From: Candidatus Stygibacter australis
Lineage (GTDB): Bacteria > Cloacimonadota > Cloacimonadia > Cloacimonadales > TCS61
Reading direction: 5' to 3'
DNA length: 64,000 nucleotides
Assembly (NCBI GenBank): GCA_030765845.1
Contig: JAVCDJ010000203.1
Location: forward strand, 12,942 to 76,941
A program made the translations under genes and the position numbers. Positions within the stretch are counted from its first letter, which is position 1; the number at the start of each line of letters is the position of its first letter. The notes beneath the pieces are model-generated. The model was not told where the DNA came from, did not search any database, and saw only the letters and a program-made list of their open reading frames with translations. Shown piece by piece: positions 36,290-44,204 of this stretch.

Positions 36290-37524
36290 TACTTGAAATT
36301 CTCTATGATTTCACCATAATAATCCAAAAGTTTCGCTGTCACTGAAGTCCATGAATATTCTGCTTTCACCTCAGTCAAAGCATTTTGCTTCAATTCTTTC
36401 ATTAATCCCGGATTATCTACAAGCTGCCGATATTTCTTTTCCAGATCATCGAGACTTCCATCAAATACCAGTCCTGTTCTTTCATTCTGCACAAGGCGCT
36501 TCAATCCTCCCACACCGGAAGTGATAACGGGCAATCCGCTTGCCCAGGCTTCCAAAACTACAATCCCAAAAGGCTCATGAATGGATGGCAGGATAAACAC
36601 GTTTGCTGCCTGATATGCTTTTACAAGGTCTTTTGAATCAGATTCAAGACCGGGGATTATAGTTACCTGCTTATCCAAAGAATATGTTTTGATCAAATCC
36701 TTGAGTTTCTCATAATAAGTTTCTGAAGTTACTGGTCCCAATAATACCAAATAGACTTTTTCTTCTTTGCCACGCAGACGTTCAATAAGCTCAATTAAAA
36801 TAGCCTGATTTTTCTGATAGTCAATTCTGGAAAGACAGAGGATCATCTTAGCATCTTCAGCTATCTGGTATTTCTCCCTAAAATCATTTTCGGCAAGGGG
36901 TTTGAATTTTTCTATATCAACGCCATTTGGCAGATAATAAACAAGTTTTTCAGGATATTTATTCCTGGTGATCTCATATTCATTATAGCCCACACAAATG
37001 ATAGCGTCAGCATCAGTGAGATACCTGTCCTTCTGGATCATCAGATCAATCAATTTCCCATAATTGAAAGTATTTTTATAAGGCTCAATCATCAGCTTCA
37101 TTTCCTCAGCCGGCACGTCAAAATGCCCTCCATGAAATGAAACCAGATATGGTATCTTTCTCTTCCGTGCTGCCAGACGCACACTGGCTGCTATTCTATT
37201 CATGGTATGGCAGTGGATAATATCCAGATCCTTCTTGTCCCGCATATATTTATATAAACACCAGGAATAAGGATTTCCACCTTTTTTATCAAGAGTCTTT
37301 TTCTTAATACTGGTAAGGTTCAAATAAGGATAAAAATAATTAAATCTGCGGATTGGTATTTCATTTCTAACCTCATTATGCTTCTGGGCTAGCGCCTGGG
37401 TAGCTAATATTTCCACGGGATTGCCTGTCCGATTTAATTCCTGAGAAGTATTCCAGACCACGGTTTCCGTACCACCCCATTCACAAAAAGCAAAACGCCT
37501 GATCACCTGCAGACTATTGATCAT
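36286..37524 (-). CDS. Glycosyltransferase family 4 (GT-B)
   Basis: 'VFILPSIHEPFGIVVLEAWASGLPVITSGVGGLKRLV'. Confidence 0.85.
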   Translation of the reverse strand: MINSLQVIRRFAFCEWGGTETVVWNTSQELNRTGNPVEILATQALAQKHNEVRNEIPIRRFNYFYPYLNLTSIKKKTLDKKGGNPYSWCLYKYMRDKKDLDIIHCHTMNRIAASVRLAARKRKIPYLVSFHGGHFDVPAEEMKLMIEPYKNTFNYGKLIDLMIQKDRYLTDADAIICVGYNEYEITRNKYPEKLVYYLPNGVDIEKFKPLAENDFREKYQIAEDAKMILCLSRIDYQKNQAILIELIERLRGKEEKVYLVLLGPVTSETYYEKLKDLIKTYSLDKQVTIIPGLESDSKDLVKAYQAANVFILPSIHEPFGIVVLEAWASGLPVITSGVGGLKRLVQNERTGLVFDGSLDDLEKKYRQLVDNPGLMKELKQNALTEVKAEYSWTSVTAKLLDYYGEIIENFKY

Positions 37525-39542
37525 GATTCAGATCTCTCAAAATTCATAATGAATTTGGTTTCATTCACACCTACGATTCGTTTTTGAACTATCTCATCTG
37601 CCAGTTGGTGAATTACATATATAGAATTCTCTTCATTATCCATTTTCTGGCTAAAATCTATTTCTGTTACCTGCCTGGGCAATTCCCATACTGATCCTTT
37701 ATCCCAGAAGGTTAATTCAAGTTTATTTTCATAAATCCTTAAACGAATAACAATAACGCTTTCTCTACCCTTCTCTGAGATATGAGCCAGGATTTTATTT
37801 AGAAATTCATTTACCAGCAGTTCAGTAGGGAATGCCAGATCATCAAGGTCTCTGGCTTTCAGAAATTCTTCACATCGTTTTCCCACTTCTCCACTATTTA
37901 CTTTTACGGGATTGATTATATAGTAACGGATTTTGTCATTCTGGTCACGTCTGAGATTCAAGGAAAGTATCGTAAAATCATCAGTACTGATATCAAATCC
38001 ATTTTCCTCGATTATATTCTTCAATACATAGGGCACCATCACAGTACTATTATCAGGAGTAACTTTGGTAAGCATCTTTGTAATACCATCAATTCCCAGT
38101 TCTTCCTGCTCCTTATTTTCACACTCAAACATCCCATCCGTATAAAAAAGATAGCTTGTATGCTCATCAAGTTTAAGGATATCTTCTTCTTCTTTGGTAT
38201 ATTCAAAATCAGCTACCCAGCCAATAGGGATTGATCCGTTAGAATTTATTATTGCCACGTCTCCATTTGATTTATTAAAACTGATAATAGGAGGATGCCC
38301 GGCATTATAATAGATAAATTCCTTTTTGTCAGGATCCACCACTCCCAGTAGCAGAGTAAGATAATTGTTTTGAAAAACGTCTCTGGATAATAAAAGATTA
38401 AGCTGATTGACGATCTCACTGGGATGCAGATAAGCCACTACGTTATCCACCAGCATTTTAATTGTAGCCTTCACTGCTGTCATCATCAGAGCGCTCTGCA
38501 CTCCATGACCGGAAATGTCTCCTATATAGATCACATATCTGCCATCTTTCAGGGGGATTAAATCAAAAAGATCTCCACCTACATTGGTTGATGGAGTATA
38601 ATTATTGGAAAAAAGCAGCTTCTCTTCAACACAAAGCCAGTCTGGTAAAAAAAATGTCTGAACTGATGCAGCTGTCTCCAATTCGCTTATCAGTGAATTA
38701 TACAGATGGTCTCGATCTCTTTGTGATTCCACCCTGTCATTGATATCATTAATCACTACAATGAATTTGGATACCTGGTTTTCTGTTGATAAGATCATGG
38801 ATACTGAAATTTCTGCCCAGAATTTCTTTCCTCCCGGCAGAAATATCTCTTCCTCTGATCGGAAACTTAATTCTGATCCATCATGATAGGCTTCGGTTGA
38901 AACCTTAAGATGATTGATCGTAAAGCTGTCATCAGCAAAATATTCATTAAAATAATGCGATAAAACTGTAAATTCTTCCTCATCAAACATGGACGCAAGC
39001 GCTTGATTGGAAAATATTATCCGCAGATCAGTATCTATAATTCCCATGCCCACAACCACATTCTCAAATAATGCCTGCAATTGCACCTGGCTTTCACGCA
39101 GGTTGCGTTCTGCCACTTGACGGCGTGCCGCTTCTTCTATTGCTTTCTGCTGCAAATGCATCTGCTCATATATCTTACTCACAATAGCAAATAGATCGCG
39201 ATTATCCACCGGTTTTAGGACAAATTTATCTACACCAATATCAATTGCTTTTAAAAAATATTCTGACTCGCTATGGGCGGAAGTAATAATGATCTGAACA
39301 TCTGAATTCAATCTCTTGATATTTGAGATCATTTCCAGACCATCCATGTGAGGCATTCTAATATCTGAGATCACTAAATCTGGCTTATGCTCTTGAAAAA
39401 CAGCTAAACCTTCCCTACCGTCTGATGCTACATAAACATCTGTAATCCTGCGTCTTAGCATCTCATAGATAGTGTTGCGTACTACGTCTTCATCTTCAAC
39501 GTAAAGTACACATAGTTTCAACTTCTCAAATTTAGCACTCAA
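37521..39542 (-). CDS. Response regulator: REC, PAS, PP2C/SpoIIE phosphatase and RsbW-like HATPase domains
   Basis: REC: 'VLYVEDEDVVRN...KPDLVISDIRMPHMDGLE...KPV'. PAS-like region at ~aa 150-280. SpoIIE: 'VGGDLFDLIPLKDGRYVIYIGDISGHGVQSALMM...YTDG'. C-terminal 'LLVNEFLNKILAHI...IRLRIYENKLELTFWDKG' resembles an anti-sigma kinase. Confidence 0.85.
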   Translation of the reverse strand: MSAKFEKLKLCVLYVEDEDVVRNTIYEMLRRRITDVYVASDGREGLAVFQEHKPDLVISDIRMPHMDGLEMISNIKRLNSDVQIIITSAHSESEYFLKAIDIGVDKFVLKPVDNRDLFAIVSKIYEQMHLQQKAIEEAARRQVAERNLRESQVQLQALFENVVVGMGIIDTDLRIIFSNQALASMFDEEEFTVLSHYFNEYFADDSFTINHLKVSTEAYHDGSELSFRSEEEIFLPGGKKFWAEISVSMILSTENQVSKFIVVINDINDRVESQRDRDHLYNSLISELETAASVQTFFLPDWLCVEEKLLFSNNYTPSTNVGGDLFDLIPLKDGRYVIYIGDISGHGVQSALMMTAVKATIKMLVDNVVAYLHPSEIVNQLNLLLSRDVFQNNYLTLLLGVVDPDKKEFIYYNAGHPPIISFNKSNGDVAIINSNGSIPIGWVADFEYTKEEEDILKLDEHTSYLFYTDGMFECENKEQEELGIDGITKMLTKVTPDNSTVMVPYVLKNIIEENGFDISTDDFTILSLNLRRDQNDKIRYYIINPVKVNSGEVGKRCEEFLKARDLDDLAFPTELLVNEFLNKILAHISEKGRESVIVIRLRIYENKLELTFWDKGSVWELPRQVTEIDFSQKMDNEENSIYVIHQLADEIVQKRIVGVNETKFIMNFERSES

Positions 39543-39733
39543 AATTAATTTCGCCCCTCATAAATTTACGTAATTAACACACTGCTATTATTAAAGTCAA
39601 TCACTTTTTTTATTAGCCTTTTTGTTTTACCCGCATTTTTATTACTCTTATGCCTCGATTAATATTATTTCCTTGACCGACATTTACCTTCTTTTAGTTT
39701 ATGAATTTAAGAATATCTTAATTGGTGGTAGCA

Positions 39734-40555
39734 ATGTTTTCTTTTAAAATCAGATTTTTTGCTTTGATCAGTATGGCAGCGCTATGTCTTATATCTGCCT
39801 GCACTCCCTATAAGCTCATTGAGAAGATTCCGGCAGGTACCCACAGAAAAAGGATCGTTTTCCGTTCTGAACCAACACCTACGGACATTTTCATCAATGA
39901 TAATTACCTCGGGAGAACCCCCATAAAGACGGATATCTGGTATATTGGCGAGAGATTTCTGAATGTGAAAGCTCAACCCTTATATCCCTCTCAATATCCC
40001 CAGAATATCGTTCTCAAGGTTCCTCGAGTTCCTGATAAAATGACTATCTTTATGGATTATAACCCCACGAAAGATTTTGAGTTTAAACAAAAAGAAGGCG
40101 GTATTGCTGGAGTGGATGCTGGTGAAGATCCCTATGCTGTGGAAGAATTTTCTGTTGCCAGCTTTAAAGATACTATTATTATCAAAGAACCAATACCCCT
40201 GCCTATTATTTATTTTGATTTTGATAAAAAATATGTTCCTGAAAAGGAAAAGGATAAATTGTATCCAATTGTAGAACTTCTGCTAAAAAATCCTGATTAT
40301 AAGATTTCCATCCATGGACATGCTGATGAACGTGGAACTGTGGTGTATAATAAAGTGCTCTCCACTGATAGAGCTCTATCTGTATTTGAATTTCTGAAGG
40401 ATTCTGATATTGATCCTGACCGGATGAGGATCTATGGGCATGGTGAACTCACTATTATTGAAAGAGAAGGCTACAGACTGGAATATCAGAATGATCGCGT
40501 AGTCACATTCCGTCTGCATTATAAGGTATTTGAAGAGCCCAGTATGGATGATTAA
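39734..40555 (+). CDS. OmpA-family lipoprotein with PEGA-like N-terminal domain
   Basis: Lipobox 'LISAC'. 'IFINDNYLGRTP' is PEGA-like. The OmpA C-terminal domain reads 'IYFDFDKKYV...ISIHGHADERGTVVYNKVLSTDRALSVFEFL'. The ATG at 39734 is preferred over the TTG at 39722. Confidence 0.85.
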   Translation: MFSFKIRFFALISMAALCLISACTPYKLIEKIPAGTHRKRIVFRSEPTPTDIFINDNYLGRTPIKTDIWYIGERFLNVKAQPLYPSQYPQNIVLKVPRVPDKMTIFMDYNPTKDFEFKQKEGGIAGVDAGEDPYAVEEFSVASFKDTIIIKEPIPLPIIYFDFDKKYVPEKEKDKLYPIVELLLKNPDYKISIHGHADERGTVVYNKVLSTDRALSVFEFLKDSDIDPDRMRIYGHGELTIIEREGYRLEYQNDRVVTFRLHYKVFEEPSMDD

Positions 40556-40561
40556 AGCCGG

Positions 40562-41446
40562 TTATTTGCGCACTACGCTATAGCCGCGCTCCCGCAGCAG
40601 ATTCACAATACCATCTTCGCCCAGATAATGACCTGAGCCAACTACTATAAAGTACTCTTTTTTATTATCTCCAGTTAAATACTGCTCTATCTTATCAGTC
40701 ATATTAAGGTTACGCTCAGTGAACAGCTTATCATAATATCCAGTTAACTCAGGATTCTCTTTTATTTCTTCATTCATCAGGCGATACATGGTGCTGTCAT
40801 CTCCAGCTATCCAGCTTTGCATCAGTTCTTCCACTTCCTGGTTAAATTCTTCCCGCTTATCGATCAGTTCCTTCAAATATTCTATCTGAATGTGCTCATC
40901 CATGCCGCTTAACATCTCAAACTGAGCTTCGGCGGTTTCCAACTGCTGTATTTCCTTATGTCCCTTTGCCTTCTGAGCAAAATAAAGGTCTGTCCCACCT
41001 TCAGCGGTATAGCCCAGTTCACTCACCCGCACACTGGAAAGCGTCATCGTCATATACCAGGGTTTCTGGTTTTTCACCGATTCCACGGTGTATTTATATT
41101 CAGCCAGTTCAGAACCTAATTTCTCATAATATTCTTCACCTAAATCCGTCTTCAGACTATCTCCCTCTGGATATAAACCCCTGGTATTGATGAGTTCCTG
41201 GATTTTGTTCATATCTATTTTATTGATATCAAATTCCAGCACCAATATTTCAGACTCCTCAAATGCCTGCTCGATCTCTTCCCGCAGAGGATAGTAATCC
41301 GGTCTCATCAAATGAACTGAACCGCACAAATTAACGGTTATATCTCCCTTTTCCACCTGCCAGAAAAAATTACTGTACTCCCCTGAATAAGCAAACGTAG
41401 CTATCATCAATATGATAATTATGAATATTATCCCTGATCTTCTCAT
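40562..41446 (-). CDS. TraB/GumN family protein
   Basis: 'FFWQVEKGDITVNLCGSVHLMRPDYYPL' and the C-terminal 'FIVVGSGHYLGEDGIVNLLRERGYSV' fit the family. The ATG at 41446 has a perfect AGGAGG 4 nt upstream, so it is preferred over the ORF-track start at 41488. Confidence 0.8.
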   Translation of the reverse strand: MRRSGIIFIIIILMIATFAYSGEYSNFFWQVEKGDITVNLCGSVHLMRPDYYPLREEIEQAFEESEILVLEFDINKIDMNKIQELINTRGLYPEGDSLKTDLGEEYYEKLGSELAEYKYTVESVKNQKPWYMTMTLSSVRVSELGYTAEGGTDLYFAQKAKGHKEIQQLETAEAQFEMLSGMDEHIQIEYLKELIDKREEFNQEVEELMQSWIAGDDSTMYRLMNEEIKENPELTGYYDKLFTERNLNMTDKIEQYLTGDNKKEYFIVVGSGHYLGEDGIVNLLRERGYSVVRK

Positions 41447-41533
41447 GCTACCTCCTAATTTCTCCCCACATTCATTATCCACTTCCAAATGTCAATTCCT
41501 TTCAAAAAATGAACAACCCCGCCAAGTCAGATG

Positions 41534-41679
41534 TGCACCGCTGGCGTATTCCGCAAGTGGGGCGCAGATGACGACCGCAATCAACCAATCCATGAAAATA
41601 GCTAAGGTGGAAAATATAGATTGCTGCTGAAAACTGCCCGTAGTTCTCGCCCCACTTCCGGAGTACCGTTAGCGGTGCA
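41534..41679 (+). other. GC-rich 146-nt imperfect hairpin (30-bp basal stem); candidate structured ncRNA or miniature inverted-repeat element
   Basis: The arms 41534-41564 and 41648-41679 pair over about 30 positions with one bulge and one mismatch. Three pairs are G-T, which can pair only if the plus strand is the RNA. An inner gcaatc/gattgc stem lies at 41577-82 / 41619-24. The element is much more GC-rich than its surroundings. Confidence 0.4.
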
Positions 41680-41860
41680 GGTCCTATTAATTTTGGAAAT
41701 TATCAAATGTTCGCTCTAATCAAAGATGTTTTTGTGAAACATGCTCCCCCAAATCAGACATTTTCAGCTAAAATCCATCAAAATATGACCTTTAGGGCAT
41801 TTAAGACCTATAACTACTATAAATAATATTCACTTAGCCCCTAAAGTGGATTTGAGGAGG

Positions 41861-41910
41861 AACAACAAAGAACATAGTGACATTTTTTTGTGAGATAGTG
41901 CTTTGTTGTT
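41861..41910 (+). repeat. REP-like hairpin element, copy C (degenerate)
   Basis: Arms aacaacaaagaac / gtgctttgttgtt (one mismatch) flank atagtgacatttttttgtgagata. The left flank ..aggagg.. is shared with copies A and B. Confidence 0.55.
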
Positions 41911-42066
41911 ACACATTAAGGGTGGGTAATGGGCGGGTGTGGTACAGGTGTTTTAGGGGATAATAGCTGAAAATTGGTGAGAATTGGGGTGGGAAAATGG
42001 ACTTTATAGACATGATGGATGAAGTGGACGTAAGGTTATGATTTTATCCTAAAATGAGATTTCGGG

Positions 42067-42104
42067 TGTACGCTGGCGAACAGTGTTCTGTTCACAGGCG
42101 TACA
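42067..42104 (+). promoter_or_regulatory. Dual palindromic upstream activator sites for the adaptor/ABC/FtsX operon
   Basis: TGTACGCTGGCGAACA (42067-42082) matches the cassette-2 palindrome at 15 of 16 positions. TGTTCACAGGCGTACA lies at 42089-42104. The 22-bp offset is the same as in the cassettes. Confidence 0.6.
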
Positions 42105-42140
42105 GTCCGGGGGATAGTGAAAATATGATAAATTTATGTA

Positions 42141-42153
42141 TATCAGGCGTTTA
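42141..42153 (+). promoter_or_regulatory. IHF-like site (WATCAR-N4-TTR)
   Basis: TATCAGgcgtTTA lies just upstream of the -24 element. The same motif and position occur in cassettes 1 and 2. Confidence 0.35.
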
Positions 42154-42159
42154 TGAGAG

Positions 42160-42175
42160 TGGTACGCAAATTGCA
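42160..42175 (+). promoter_or_regulatory. Sigma-54 (-24/-12) promoter of the exporter operon
   Basis: TGGTACGcaaaTTGCA (GG-N10-GC spacing intact), 38 nt upstream of the ATG at 42213. Confidence 0.7.
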
Positions 42176-42212
42176 TTAGAATTAAGTAAAAAAAGCACTG
42201 TGGGGAAATTTC

Positions 42213-43466
42213 ATGGATAGAAAAATTGAGAAGAAGAAATGGACGACAAAGAAGATAATTCTGCTGGTTGTGGCAGTGGTAGTTATTGGCTTAGTGTTAT
42301 ACAGCGCAATCTGGGGAGATCATCGGAGTAAATTCAATGTTCAGACTGACCGTATAACTATTGAAGAAGTAGTGGAAGATTATTTTCAGGATTATATCAC
42401 AGTAACCGGTCGGGTGGTACCGAGCCGGACAGTTTATCTTGATGCCATGGAAGGTGGCAGGGTAGAAGAAGTGTTTTTGGAAGAAGGCTCATTAGTAGAA
42501 GAAGGTGATATAATATTGCGGTTAAGCAATGCGAATCTATATTTGAGCATAATGAACCGTGAAGCAGATCTGGCAGATCAGATCAATAATCTGCGTAGCA
42601 CACGATTATCTATGGAACAGAACAAACTGAGCCTGCGTCAGCAGCTTTTGGAAGTAAATTATCAGCTTGAGCAGCAGCAGCGAGATTATGCCCAGAAGCA
42701 GAAGCTATATGAGCAGGAATTCATTTCAGAAGAGGATTATTTACGCTCCCAGGAAGCATATCAATATTCTTTACAGCGTCAAAGTCTGGTGGTTGAGAGC
42801 CAGAAAACGGATTCCTTATTCCGGGCAATTCAGATCGAGCAGCTTGAGAATTCAGTTACCAATATGGAAGAGAATCTGGGCATGGTCCGAGATAAACTGG
42901 AGAATTTGAATGTACGCGCACCTATTAGTGGACAGCTTGTATCTTTGAATGCAGAGATAGGAGAAGCTAAATCCCAGGGACAGAGATTGGGTGAAATTAA
43001 TGTAGTAGGATCTTATAAGATCAATATGGATGTAGATGAGCATTATATTTCACGGATAAATCGAGATTTAATGGGTGAATTTGAATTTGCAGGAGGTACC
43101 TATCAATTAAAGGTAAGCAAGATCTATCCAGAAGTTCAGAACGGCAGGTTTAGTGTGGATCTGGAATTTTCTGGTGAAGAATACCCCGAGAATTTACGAA
43201 CGGGCCAGACTTTTAGAATTAAATTGGAATTAGGCGAATCGAGTATGGCACTATTATTACCTCGAGGTGGTTTTTATCAAAGTACTGGAGGGCAGTATGT
43301 GTTTGTGATCAATCCCGATGGCAAGAGTGCGGATCAGCGGGAGATAAGATTAGGCAGAATGAATCCGCGCTATTATGAAGTTCTGGAAGGACTGGAAGCT
43401 GGAGAAAGAGTTATCATATCAAGTTATACAAATTTTGGCAGAGCCGAAAAATTAATATTAAAATAA
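42213..43466 (+). CDS. HlyD/MacA-type periplasmic adaptor (membrane fusion protein)
   Basis: N-terminal TM anchor. Lipoyl-like 'VEEGDIILRL'. A long coiled-coil hairpin at aa ~110-225. 'VRAPISGQLVSLNAEIGE' and a C-terminal beta-barrel region. Confidence 0.85.
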   Translation: MDRKIEKKKWTTKKIILLVVAVVVIGLVLYSAIWGDHRSKFNVQTDRITIEEVVEDYFQDYITVTGRVVPSRTVYLDAMEGGRVEEVFLEEGSLVEEGDIILRLSNANLYLSIMNREADLADQINNLRSTRLSMEQNKLSLRQQLLEVNYQLEQQQRDYAQKQKLYEQEFISEEDYLRSQEAYQYSLQRQSLVVESQKTDSLFRAIQIEQLENSVTNMEENLGMVRDKLENLNVRAPISGQLVSLNAEIGEAKSQGQRLGEINVVGSYKINMDVDEHYISRINRDLMGEFEFAGGTYQLKVSKIYPEVQNGRFSVDLEFSGEEYPENLRTGQTFRIKLELGESSMALLLPRGGFYQSTGGQYVFVINPDGKSADQREIRLGRMNPRYYEVLEGLEAGERVIISSYTNFGRAEKLILK

Positions 43467-43479
43467 AACTGGAGGAACA

Positions 43480-44169
43480 ATGATCAAGACAAACAATTTA
43501 ATGAAGGTGTATCGTACAGACGAAGTGGAAACCCTGGCATTGAATAACGTGAATATTCACGTGGAAGCAGGAGAATTTGTGGCAATAATGGGACCCTCAG
43601 GTTGTGGGAAATCCACATTACTGAATGTGATCGGACTTTTGGATAATCCCACAGACGGTGAGTATTTCTTTAATAGTACCGATGTGGCAAAGTTCAAGGA
43701 ACGTCAGCGTACTAATATGCGTAAATCAAATGTAGGCTTTATCTTTCAGAGTTTTAATCTGATTGATGAGCTTACTGTTTATGAGAATGTGGAGCTGCCT
43801 TTATTATATCTTAAGATGGCGGCAAGTGAACGTAAGGCAAGAGTAAATGAGGTATTGGATAGAATGAAGATAGCTCATAGAGCCAAGCATTTTCCGCAGC
43901 AGCTTTCTGGTGGACAGCAGCAGCGCGTGGCAGTTGCCCGTGCCGTGATCACTAATCCCAAGCTGATACTTGCAGATGAGCCTACTGGAAATCTGGATAG
44001 TGCCAATGGAGAAGAAGTGATGGATATGCTTACACAGTTAAATGAAGCCGGAACTACCATTGTGATGGTAACTCACTCACCTACAGATGCAGAATATGCA
44101 CACCGGATCATCCAATTATTTGATGGTCACATAGTAACCGAGAATATCAAAAAAGAATTTCATTTATAA
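43480..44169 (+). CDS. ABC transporter ATP-binding protein (MacB/LolD-type), copy 1
   Basis: Walker A 'GPSGCGKST', signature '[14 protein letters not shown]', Walker B '[11 protein letters not shown]', H-loop 'VTHS'. Confidence 0.95.
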   Translation: MIKTNNLMKVYRTDEVETLALNNVNIHVEAGEFVAIMGPSGCGKSTLLNVIGLLDNPTDGEYFFNSTDVAKFKERQRTNMRKSNVGFIFQSFNLIDELTVYENVELPLLYLKMAASERKARVNEVLDRMKIAHRAKHFPQQLSGGQQQRVAVARAVITNPKLILADEPTGNLDSANGEEVMDMLTQLNEAGTTIVMVTHSPTDAEYAHRIIQLFDGHIVTENIKKEFHL

Positions 44170-44204
44170 AAACCGATCGGGAGAGTAGAAATAAGGAGAA
44201 TCTA

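Noticed and set aside
37521-39542. The REC-domain regulator as the enhancer-binding protein for the sigma-54 promoters.
   Set aside because: It has no AAA+ sigma-54 interaction domain (no GAFTGA-type motif or Walker A) and no HTH. Its output domains are PP2C/SpoIIE and an RsbW-like kinase.
41521-41580. Short similarity to the SRP (4.5S) RNA domain IV 3' strand (GCCAAG.CAGATG and GCAGATGACG).
   Set aside because: The defining 5' strand and tetraloop (..GGUCCGGAAGGAAGCAGC..) are absent on both strands. The 10-mer match is most likely chance.
41412-41630. 72-aa ORF overlapping the TraB/GumN gene start and the left arm of the GC-rich hairpin.
   Set aside because: It runs antisense to the start of a well-supported gene and then through the inverted repeat. 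There is no independent coding evidence.
41746-41989. Weak inverted repeat (cccccaaatcagacattttcagcta vs tagctgaaaattggtgagaattgggg) flanking REP-like copy C, which might define a larger element.
   Set aside because: Only the 11-nt core pairs cleanly and the rest is patchy. Copies A and B have no equivalent flanks.
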